From Macrostomum lignano (taxonomy: Eukaryota): 64,000 bases of DNA. The notes beneath the pieces are model-generated. The model was not told the DNA's origin, did no database searches, and saw only the letters and a program-made list of their open reading frames with translations. Below, one piece after another: positions 29,922 through 41,300 of the stretch (its first letter is position 1; the number at the start of each line of letters is the position of its first letter). The translations under genes and the position numbers were made by a program. Where the stretch lies: assembly GCA_002269645.1 (NCBI GenBank), contig NIVC01003112.1, forward strand, positions 54,807-118,806. The letters are read 5' to 3'.

Positions 29922-31017
29922 TCAGTTGCCATCCTTCTCGCTTTCAGTTGAACTTGTCGAAGGCTTCGAACTTTTGCTAGCCGGGGCAGCAACGGAAGGA
30001 CCTGACAGGGGGTTGCGGAACAGGGCCGGGTCGCTGAGAAAAAAGGTCTCCTTGATATTCTGCGACATGTAGCCGAACTTCTGCGACTTCTTCACCAGTT
30101 CGGCCACCCGCTCTTGCATTGGCTGGCACAGCCCAGTGATGTGGCGGCCGTATATTCGGCCCGTGTAAGGCGAGACAAACTGGCTCAGCAGGCGGGCGTT
30201 CTGCGATTGGTCAAGAGCGGAGTGGGGTGGATGCTTTCTGATTGGATTGGTCGGGAGCGGAGTGGGGTGTATGTTTTCTGATTGGATTGGTCGGGAGCGG
30301 AGTGGGGTGTATGCTTTCTGATTGGATTGGTCGGGAGCGGAGTGGGGTGTATGTTTTCTGATTGGTCGAGAGCGGAGTGGGTGGATGTTTTCTGACTGGT
30401 AGAGATCGGAGTGGGGTGGATGCTTTCTGATTGGTCGTGAGTGGAGTATGGGGAGGGAAGGTGATTTATGATTGGTCGGGAGCGGAGTGGGGTGTATGTT
30501 TTCTGATTTGTCGAGAGCGGAGTGGGTGGATGTTTTCTGACTGGTAGAGATCGGAGTGGGGTGGATGCTTTCTGATTGGTCGTGAGTGGAGTATGGGGAG
30601 GGAAGGTGATTTATGATTGGTCGTGAGCGGAGTGGGGTGGATGTTTTCTGATTGGTCGAGAGCGGAGTGGGGTGGATGTTTTCTGATTGGTCACAAGAAA
30701 AGTATGGGGTAGAGGGTTGTGATTTGTTGACAGCATAAAATTTGTTTTGTAAATTGTAACTAGTCAAGAGTGGAGTGGAGTTTGCTTTACAAAATAGTCA
30801 ACAATAACAAACCATAAGGCATAAACAATATAATCACCTTGTAGTCTAGTGGAACATCCTGCCGACAGAGCACACATTTCTTGATTGGCTTCTTGTATGG
30901 ATCAGGCATGTCTGCCAAAGGCATGTCTGGATCGGTCTGTCCAGCAAGGGCAGCCCCAGTGGACAGCCCTAATTTTCCTCTGCCAACTGCAGTTAAAACT
31001 AATCGACACCTTAGCAT
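29922..31017 (-). CDS. MRPS18C: Mitochondrial ribosomal protein bS18m (S18c), 152 aa, 2 exons
   Basis: Exon 1 31017-30838 (basic targeting peptide, DPYKKPIKKCVLC...LDYK|gtgatt) plus exon 2 30200-29922 (NARLLSQFVSPYTGRIYGRHITGLC...Q...KSQKFGYM): the S18 signature. Confidence 0.92.
30203..30695. repeat. Degenerate 35-45-bp minisatellite (CTGATTGGTCGGGAGCGGAGTGGGGTG[T/G]ATGTTTT) filling the MRPS18C intron
   Basis: Directly visible; ~14 ATTGG (CCAAT on the sense strand). Confidence 0.93.
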
Positions 31018-34000
31018 AGCTAGCTGTGGGAAAATGAGATTATTCAGAGCTAAAAATCCTAAAAAGCTAAATGTAGATTTAAATCATCGAATCAAATAGA
31101 ACAAATAATATTACATGTATCTTTTTTCAAATACATCAATACAATATACATGTACTATAGCTATTTTCAAATTGCTCAAATATCAAATGTAAAAATACTA
31201 TTATCTACTTTTTAAGATATAGAAAAAAAACTAAAATACTTTTAGAATTAATGGCTAAAATTTTTAAGACCACTCATAATAACAACTGTTTTCATAACTT
31301 GGAGAAAACAAATTGATCTTATACAAATACTAAAAGTAATTTTTAAGTTTCTTTCAATATTTTCTTATGTATTGATTATATTTGTCTGGTAAAAGTTAGA
31401 AAATTAGAAAATTAAGCAAAATCTATATATTAGGCTAATGCTTTAGGGCTATAAATAGTATGTATTAAAGCCATAAGTAGTATGGCTTATAACTTTAGTA
31501 TTAAAACTATAATAAAATGACAAAAATATTTTATATACTTATTTTAAAGTCTAGGCTACTGGAGTAAAAAAGTAGCAAAGTAAATAACTAAGATCATAGC
31601 CATCAATATGCTAAGCCAATGTTTTTTAGTAAATCAACTATATAATATATTTCTATTTTTCTATATTGCATTTTCTTGGATTTTTTATGAATGCAAAAAT
31701 GCATTATAGATATTTTTAGTTCTAGAATTCTATTATAATATAAATAGATAGGTCTATAATGGCTTAAATAGACGTATAGATATAAGGGTGAGCCAAAAGT
31801 TTCTGGCATTTGAACAATTGAAAACTGTAACACATTGTCTCAAGAACAAACTGTTTATAGCAGTGATGTAGGGCAACTTGTTCCAGTTTGCTGCAGATCA
31901 CCTTTGCATTCAAATCCATGCCATTCGGGATGACCCAGAAAACAAGGCCAGATAAGCAGAGCCAGAAAGAAAACAGCTCCTTGCTACAATGGAAGTTTTA
32001 CATTGGGTAGAACTTAAAAAAGTTTGGCAAACTAGCTTGGCAAAGATTCTAAGTTATGGCAACTTTAATTGCGGCGAAATCCACTTAGCTCTTAGCTGCT
32101 AAGGTGTTAGCTCATGGGGCACTAGAGTTGGCTTCTTTGTCATATCTACCCTAGCTCTTTGCTTTTAGCTACTAAGGTGTCAGCTCATGGGGCACTAGAG
32201 TTGGCTTCTTTGGCACCTTGTCCACAGGATCTAGGCTCTGCTAGACTTTGTCATAGGACACCCCAGTAGCACCTGACAGTTTGCACATGCGATAGTCTAG
32301 ATTATCTTTAAGGGCTTAGAGAATGGCATCACTATTAATAACAAGGGGTTGGCTTGATCTCGGCTTGTCTTGCAGTTCATAGTTTTTCTCAGCAAAGCAA
32401 GATAACTACTTATATATTGATGACTTAGAGGGTGCATATGGTTATAGAAATATTAGCAACAATAACTTACAATGTACCTTACTTACTTTGTGTACCACAT
32501 ATAATGGTAAATATATTTGTTAGCTATTCAATTCTTGGCAGTTCCATTGAATGCATTTGTTGGCTTAAGTAGGCAGGGTCTCAGAAACTGAGCAATGCTA
32601 AGCTAAAGAGTGGTGATTAGGCTAGCTAATAGCATAATATATAGTTGCTGTTTTTAAGCTTTTCCATAGACAAAAAGCTATTATTAAAAAGCATAGCCTA
32701 GTGACAGGATACAAGAAACTTAGCTCACTTTAGGTAATTGTTATTATTACCTTGTAATTTAACAGAAATTTCTTCCACATGACTGTAAAAATAGCCATTT
32801 TGCTTCCTACCTACAGTGACCATAAAAATAACAGTTTTGCTATCAATACGGTTACATTAAGTAAAGACCATAGGCCCACATAGTGTCTTATGCGTTAACT
32901 GTAAAAATAACTGTTTTGTTATTTATACGGTCACCATAACAATAACAACTGCCTAGTTGCTAATGTAAGTTAGGCCTACTTTGCTACTCATACACCAGTC
33001 TTACCATAGCTAAGGAAGCAATAAAATTAATTAAATTTGCTGGGCTAGGCCCTATAATTCCCATTGAAAAATTTAAGCAAATGACAATGTAAAATACAAC
33101 ATTGTGTAGACCTAATCTCAATAAAACTTTAAATGCCAATATTTAGAGAACAGTGAAAAAGTTTAGACCATTTTGTTTTGCACATTACGTCATTAAATAA
33201 TAGTAGCTAGCTAAATCCTGACAGTGACAGGTAATACTGTTATTGGTAATGGTAAGACGTTATGCAGGGTAAAAAAATTATGATAATGTGGCAGCACTGG
33301 CCCAGTGTGTGTGGTGTGATTGATTGGCGAGAAAAAGAAACGATAACAAAAGGCACTTAATGACTTAGTTGTATTCTATTTAACTATTGAAAATTTACTA
33401 TAACTATTAAAGTAAATTGATAGATGCTTGATGCTTTCCTTCCGAATACGACGGGTCTATGCTAGTTTTGTTATTTTTCAGTATCGAGTTTCTCAAATTC
33501 AATTCTTCCAAGAAACTCAAGGCTAATTTATTACAAGGACAGGACTACTTAACAACTCTTGCATTGTAAACTATAAACAGAATAATTTATGATCATGAAA
33601 AAACATGTTTTGAATTTTGATCGATCTGATGCCAACCAAAAATTTTTTTTGGTTTGATGTTTTTGAAATACATAGCTATGTTTATCCGAATATGGAATGC
33701 CATAGAGATGCTATGAAAGTTTAGACTTCAGGTCAACAACATGAAAAATTTAGACGATTTCTATTCCTCTTTTGGCCTAGTATGCTACTCTAGATAATTT
33801 ATCGGATCAGCGCCACTTATAAATGCATGCTTAATCATATTTTATTATGCAAATCAGTAAATTATGTTAGCATATAAGATATACCATTGTCTATTCTTGC
33901 TCAAGACTTGAGTTAAGAGACTTTTTTGGAGTCTTAAAGCAGAATTTTTGGGGTTTGGCAAAGTATGATAAATTTATTCATTTATTATTTATTGATATAC

Positions 34001-34070
34001 TATTGATTCTACTGTTCATAATAGCTAATCTTCAATTTAATTTTTTTCATAAAAACTTTGCACTAATTGC

Positions 34071-35354
34071 ATGCATCCATTTGCCATCACGAACAAGCTA
34101 GTGCAGCTTAATGGTCACCTATGCCGTCAGTTGTGCAGTCAAACTCTCGGTCTCATCGCTGCTCACACTGTAGTCTGCAGGGAACATTTTACACCAGAGC
34201 TGGCGTTGCGCCTCATCACTCCAGAGTGCTCACTTTTCTATGCCAGACCTGGCGAGTCCAGCAGCTTCTCTGAGCTGCCATTCAGCGACCCATTCTGGGG
34301 ATTTTACTGGCCAGGGGGCCAGGCTCTCGCCCGCCACCTGCTAGACAACCCTGGCCGGGTGCGCGGCCGCAGAGTCATCGACGTCGGATGCGGCTGCGGC
34401 GCAGCAGGCATCGCTGCTCTGATGGCTGGCGCTGCGTCCGTGATTTTTAACGACATTGACCAGGGTAGGGAGGTGGCATAGGCGGGGATCGGGAAATGGA
34501 AACGCCAAGTTTGCTACAAAAAGCGATATGAGTCTTCGACATTACTTGACTACTAATAGTAATAAACGATTGTCAAGTTTAAAATTCAGTTCACGTGTAG
34601 GATTTTGTGATTTGTCTCAAAATAAAATTCTATCTAGCTAAGGTCTTAGTTTTTGTCGTGCCTAATAGTTGCCAAAAAACTTTCCAAGTCTTTGAGATTG
34701 CTTACGAGTACGAATTATTATTGACATGAGCATGGGGAGCAGAGAACGAGTTTGTGATCACGTGATAAAATATAGGGTTAGGGTTAGGATTAGGGTTCAC
34801 AGTTTTTAAATAACGATTAACCAAAACTCCAACTCTGACAAAGACTCACTCAAGCATTCTTTAACTTTTTCCCATTCCCGCCATCGCCAGTCGCGCTGGA
34901 AGCGACCCGGCTCAACTTGAGCATCAACCAGCTCGATCACACAGACGGTGCTATCGCAGCAACAGGACAGCGCGTTCAGTTTGTTTCCTACGACTTGATT
35001 GGCCAGTGGCCGCCGCTGTGCACCGCAAACGAGCAGCCGCAGGTGATGCTGATCGGAGACTTGTTCTACTCCGAGGAGGCCGCCGCCCGTCTCGCCGACT
35101 GGGCTCTGAAGGCAGCGGCTGGCGGCAGACCTCGAGGGTCTGCAGCGGCCGAAGTGCTGGTTGGCGATCCTGGTCGCTACTATTTTCGGTTGGCAGCTGA
35201 GCGGGCCAACCTGCGCCTGCTGGCCAGGTACTGCCTGCCCAGCGAGTTCATGTACGAGGCCGGGCCGGGGACCGGGGCAGTGGGAGTCTACGCGACAATG
35301 CCGAAGGCTGCGGATACTAACGGAGCTCGGCCTGAGTTGGGGACTATTGATTAG
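34071..35354 (+). CDS. ETFBKMT: ETF-beta lysine methyltransferase (METTL20)-like class I SAM methyltransferase, 285 aa, 2 exons
   Basis: Exon 1 34071-34464 plus exon 2 34891-35354 (phase 1). Motifs PELALRLITP, DPFWGFYWPGGQALAR, VIDVGCGCG (motif I), NDID, LIGDLFY, VLVGDPGR. Confidence 0.88.
34773..34797. repeat. Short interstitial (TTAGGG)n-like tract, ~4 units, in the ETFBKMT intron
   Basis: TAGGGTTAGGGTTAGGATTAGGGTT. Confidence 0.6.
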
Positions 35355-37880
35355 ACTTTGACATAGCAATCGCTTGTTGATAAAGTCTTGCGCATTTTAA
35401 TAAAACTTTAGAATTGTTTTTCATACGAGAAAATTGATTGCAATTACCGGTTTATCGTATGCTTGTCAGATGCAAAAGTGCATTCCAGATCCAGAAAGAT
35501 CATGCCAGGTTGTTTTTCATTTGTCTAAGTATAGCTTTAAGATGATAGTGGCAGAGGCAGAATCCGAAAATCTGACGATGCTTCAGTGCCAGGTGCACGG
35601 GAAATAAATTAAAAGGTTTGCTAAATTGGTGCTCTGCAATTGTAAATATGGTTGTCAGAGCTATCGTACATTGCTTAATTTCACCTCGGAGCTAATCGGA
35701 TTGCATAGGTGTTTAAAAAATGCTGAGTCTTGACCCGGATGAGCGATTGGATTCAAGGCAAGAGTCTGAAGAGCCGGAATGATGACGTTGGTTATAGCAT
35801 ATTGGAGACATTGTGTAGCAATGAATCATGTACGAGCGCATTTGGTGGAATCTACGACAATTACCCTTACCCTGTCCTATGACCAGTCTCATCCTTGATT
35901 CGCAGTGAAATTCCAGTTAAAATTCTCGCAATGTCGCCGCATGGAGTTGCTGATAATTCGCCACTGAGAATTTCCCACCACGCCCCGGCTATCGGGGTTA
36001 ATTGCTCATTTGGAATTTTTCGCAGTTAATTGGGCAGATGCCTTCGTAATTCTAGCGTCTCCCTGATTGATGGGCCCAGCTGATGCCAGACCATGCGTGC
36101 ACCCGCTCTGTCCCCGTGAAGTGTTGATGCGGTGGAGCAGTTGAATAACTTCTAGCCATGTTATTGCCGCTGTGCAATTCTTTCTATTATATATTGTACT
36201 TGCAATTATGCAAATAAATTCTAGCACAAATTCTTTAGCATAAAATTCATACGCTGTTTGGTATATCTAGTTGCATTAATATTGAACCAATTGTGACAGA
36301 CAACTGCGCGCTGCCTTCAAGATCGCCAATGATAGTCATTATAACGCTTCCCTTTGTCTCCACCGGCCTGCTGACGTCGTCGTCGTGATCCGGAACGAAA
36401 ACCTGTCAGAAACCTGCCAAAGCACCAAATCGCCTTTTTTATAACAATCAGCCAACGAGGTCACTCCAGTGGCGTCCCATCTCGGGCAGAGCAGCCAGGT
36501 CTTTGTCGTCGGGTTGTCCACATTCGTCGCAGTCGGAAGTAGGATCGAGGCTCCCCCAATCCAAGGACTACTAAGTAGAAGAACAGGAAACTACTTTTTG
36601 GGAAACTTTTCGGAGGCAGGTTCTACCGAAATTTTATCATTCCTTTTCATCATGCTTAGCATTTTGATTTTAGGCACTTGAAATGTAATTAGGATTTATA
36701 AAAATTAACAATCCTATTTTTCTAATCGAAAACAATAGCAAAAATCTCTACTTTGACAAGACTTTTACTCGTTTCTATAGACCTTGAGAGATGCCCCGTG
36801 ACACTGCTGATCAGTGTCACAGACTGTTGGTCAAAGGCTCCATTTGCCCTTATGCATATTTCAATTCAAAGGGCGGCGCCTCTCGACTGTTTGTCGGCAT
36901 GTTTTCGTACATCAAAGGTCTTACTCATGCATTTTTTAAGTTCCAACATCAAAGGCATCAATGAATTTTGCTCTAGCCGATCGGACTTGAAGTGTCACGA
37001 CGATAATATCGAAGGCTGGAACTCACTGAAGCATCTGGCATAATATGACGTACATGTAACGGTATTTGAAATGGAATCCAGAAATGAAATGGAGGCAACA
37101 AAGCCTCCCCAACAAACATCCAGTATTTTCTTGCTTGTATTTTCCGTACTTGTTTTCGGCAGTCCAAGGCGTGACTCAGAATGTAATACACAGCCCATCA
37201 AATGCAACTGCTCAACATGAAAATAGTCGCCTTTTAAATGGTAAACATCTCATCAATGGTTTGCAAAACGAACCACATTAGATCAAAAGAACTTTCATTT
37301 TACCTCAGTGATCCGCTCCTCCTTGTTTACGAGTACCAGTTCGAACTTCTTGCCTCAAATCCAGTTAACCTGTACATAATCGCTGCAGTTTCCCGCGCAG
37401 ACGGACGGCAGATATGATTAAGAGCTCCATAATTTGATAAATCAAAGTGGACCCCAACCGGCTAACTGGATCGCTTTGATGGGTGCACTGATTAGCACAC
37501 TCAGTCTGAGCCTGCACTGCGGTTTAGCTAGTGTTGGAATTAATTCCTTCCGCTGTACCAGCTCCGCTCGCATCTGTCCCGTTTCGCCACAAAGCGAGAT
37601 CTTATAATTACGAATTTTGCGGCAAACTAACTGCATCTTCTTGAGCGAACAACTAATTCGTCTTCATCGACCGAGGCGATTCGGCGGCCAGAGAGACCAG
37701 CCAAAGTACATGGGCCTTTGGGGAAATGTATTGTTGATGACAGGCACGTGTCATTGCATTTTCAAGACAAATTTCTCTACATCATCCACTACAGTTAAGG
37801 CGTTCCATAGCATTGAATCAGCTATACCCGTCTGAGGTAGTTCTGAGGTAAACAGTACATTCTGCACTGGCCTTCGCAAG

Positions 37881-37881
37881 C

Positions 37882-37967
<86 letters not shown>
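37881..37967. repeat. (CAGA)n microsatellite
   Basis: Directly visible. Confidence 0.99.
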
Positions 37968-37968
<1 letters not shown>

Positions 37969-38303
37969 GTGACAGGGGAAACGGGAGCACCCCAACCGAG
38001 CTGCATCGTATAGCGCACGCATGCCGACTGCACTGAAGCATTGGAGCCTCAGCCAATTGGATTCAGCCGCATTAATCCCCTGGCGGACCCTGCCTGGAAG
38101 CCCCCATTATAATTACGAACACCCTGCTCCACGCAAACTCGGGTGAAGACTGAAGAAGGACTTGGAGTGTCAGCCCAAACCTGCCGCATAACCACGCCGC
38201 TCGAACTGTGCGGGCGCCCGCTTTTTCATCGTCGAATCTGACAACCTGTAAGTGCCATCCAACTCACAAAGGAAACTGTCAGCAAAGCAGTCCTTATTAA
38301 GAA

Positions 38304-41300
38304 ATGGTAAGTGCAATCAGTGAGATTCTCAGTGAATTTCTGTGCACAGCAAAATAATTTGATTACTAGTTGAGTAAAATATCTTTTCTCAGGTTAAACG
38401 CCGCGTAAACATTCGAGCCCAATCCAAAATACCGACTATCATAACATTTACCTCGTAGAAAGCATGTTGACGTGAATCAAGCTATTTAAATTATCCGTCT
38501 TCCCTTTGATGTGTATTTCTTAGAAAAATAAGCCCGGCCTTCCAGACTTGAGCAGGTGGATCGGTTTATCTCACTGCTGTGAGCAGCTGATTTGCAAACG
38601 GGTCGAGTGCTCTTGAGCTCGGATTTCATTACAGCTGCCTGCCTCTTACCCCCCCCCTGTTTGTTGAATTCCAGTACGGACACATTCACGTCTGCTTCAA
38701 GGAGATGATGCTGGAGCAGCCGTCTAAGAACGCATGGAAGAAGATAGTGTGAGTCTCAGTTTGCGCTCACGAATCACTAGATTAGACTGTCAAATCTTGT
38801 CTTTGTGTTGTAAATTTTGTGCTTTGCACGAGCTTCGTTTGCCGTCGCTGAGGCGAGATATTTTTATTATATTTATAATTTTTATTTCACTGCTCAGGAC
38901 GGCCTGTTCGCTGGATGAGGGTCGCGACTTTCTTATCTTCCACAACTATCCGGATCAGCTGTTCTACAAGATGGTGGAGGCTGCTCAGACTGAGCTCAGT
39001 GAGGCTGGGTGGTTTCGCGCTTGTTTGAATTTGGAAATCGACTTGCTAATCAATATTTACAAGCTGTAGCTAAAAAAAATCAATGTCGTAGCGATGTCCC
39101 AACTAGACCTCTGTGGTGTAGGATGGAGCGTAGCGATGTCCCAACTAGACCTCTGTGGTGTAGGATGGAGCGTAGCGATGTCCCAACTAGACCTCTGTGG
39201 TGTATGGCAGGGCGTAGCAATGTCCCAACTAGACCTCTGTGGTGTAGGATGGAGCGTAGCGATGTCCCAACTAGACCTCTGTGGTGTATGGCAGGGCGTA
39301 GCGATGTCCCAACTAGACCTTTGTGATGTAGGATGGAGCGTAGCGATGTCCCAACTAGACCTTTGTGATGTAGGATGGAGCGTAGCGATGTCCCAACTAG
39401 ACCTCTGTGGTGTATGGCAGGGCGTAGCGATGTCCCAACTAGACCTTTGTGGTGTAGGATGGAGCGTAGCGATGTCCCAACTAGACCTCTGTGGTGTATG
39501 GCAGGGCGTAGCAATGTCCCAACTAGACCTCTGTGGTGTAGGATGGAGCGTAGCGATGTCCCAACTAGACCTCTGTGGTGTATGGCAGGGCGTAGCGATG
39601 TCCCAACTAGACCTTTGTGGTGTAGGATGGAGCGTAGCGATGTCCCAACTAGACCTTTGTGATGTAGGATGGAGCGTAGCGATGTCCCAACTAGACCTCT
39701 GTGGTGTATGGCAGGGCGTAGCAATGTCCCAACTAGACCTCTGTGGTGTAGGATGGAGCGTAGCGATGTCCCAACTAGACCTCTGTGGTGTATGGCAGGG
39801 CGTAGCGATGTCCCAACTAGACCTTTGTGGTGTAGGATGGAGCGTAGCGATGTCCCAACTAGACCTTTGTGATGTAGGATGGAGCGTAGCGATGTCCCAA
39901 CTAGACCTCTGTGGTGTATGGCAGGGCGTAGCGATGTCCCAACTAGACCTTTGTGGTGTAGGATGGAGCGTAGCGATGTCCCAACTAGACCTCTGTGGTG
40001 TATGGCGGGGTGTAGCGATGTCCCAACTAGACCTTTGTGGTGTAGGATGGAGCGTAGCGATGTCCAACTAGACCTCTGTGGTATAGGATGGAGCGTAGCG
40101 ATGTCCCAACTGGACCTCTGTGGTGCAGGGCAGAGCATAGCGTAGCGATGCTTCAACGAAGACCTTCCTCGAAGATCGTGTATCGCTGCCGTATTAGCCT
40201 CCGAAGTGCCGATTGGGTCTAGCAATGAGAAAAAAATGTATTGCGAACCACTACTTTTATTTGCGCTAAGTAAACGCTATGCATTGCAGACAAGACCAAA
40301 GACGAAATGTACGAGATGTTCGGCAGTCACTTCTTCAAGTACTTCAAGAAGCATGGCTACGATAAAATGATTTACACTCTGGGCCAGGACCTGAAGAAGT
40401 TCATCCAGAACCTCGACTCGCTGCATGACTACCTGCAAATCGACAACAAGAGCATGGTCCCGCCTTCGTTCAGGTCAGTCTTGAGGGCGGTTTTAGCTAA
40501 TCTTAGATAAGGATCCTCTAGAGGTAATGGTGACGTGACTGCTGCGTGTTGAGGCTCGCGCGTCGCGGAGACGGCTTGTCTGTCTCACTTCCTCAAAGAC
40601 ACATGACAGTCAGCATTGAGGCGTCGAGCTTCCGGTTCCGGGTTTAGGATGTCCGCTGTATTTGTCCCAGTGGGACAGATGGAGCAAACGAGGTTTGAGC
40701 CGGAAGGTAGCTGTCCCAAGGGGTCAGTGTCGCATTCAATTAACCATTTTGAAGATGGCAGTCCCAAAACTCCTGTTTCGTTACTGACCAGTTTCGACGG
40801 ATGTCCCTCCGACTTGGCGGTTTGATGAAGGCAGCGTCAAAATTCTCTGATGCTGGGTGAAGCTGCTTTTTTATTATTTCTAGGTGAAGAAATCCAACGG
40901 GATTTATTTATCTGGTTCATTTAGCTACGAAGGAACTCCGGGCATCGAGTAGCATTCTTTGAAGCCCAATGCTGCCCTTGCAGACACCTGCGCTTATTTG
41001 ATTGTCCACAAAATGCACCCTGCATGTTGTTGAAAGTTTGACAATTTTGAAGACCTCCGGAACTGTTTTCAGCTGCAACTACGAAGACTCTGGAGAGTTC
41101 ATCTTGCACTATTATAGCGCCCGGGCCGGGCTGGAGAGCTGGATTAAAGGTGAGAGTGGATCTATAATGAGATTTTATTATTATTGAAACACATGAAAAC
41201 AATTTTGCGCTCTATTTAACCTTCAAGTGCGCATCGCTCCTGCTAATGAGATTAGATGTTGGCAGCGTTCAGCTTCCAAATTGATTTAGTCAAACACCTG

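Noticed and set aside
31800-32010. Possible decayed transposase fragment (FWVIPNGMDLNAKVICSKLEQV) in the AT-rich island
   Set aside because: Too short and degenerate to assign without a search.
34773-34797. Telomere or chromosome-fusion scar
   Set aside because: Only ~4 imperfect TTAGGG units in one orientation inside an intron; insufficient for a fusion claim.
36780-37230. Possible Tc1/mariner transposase remnant on the minus strand (…KILDVCWGGF…TVTCTSYY…FQP)
   Set aside because: Only a vague resemblance to the VWGGF segment; no DD(34)E/D triad, no WPxxSPDLNPIE motif and no TIRs found by eye. Needs tBLASTn or HMM to support.
39057-40225. ORFs of 325-381 aa with 14-aa repeats, in several frames and on both strands
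   Set aside because: 42-bp intronic minisatellite lacking stops; lies inside cyclase intron 3.
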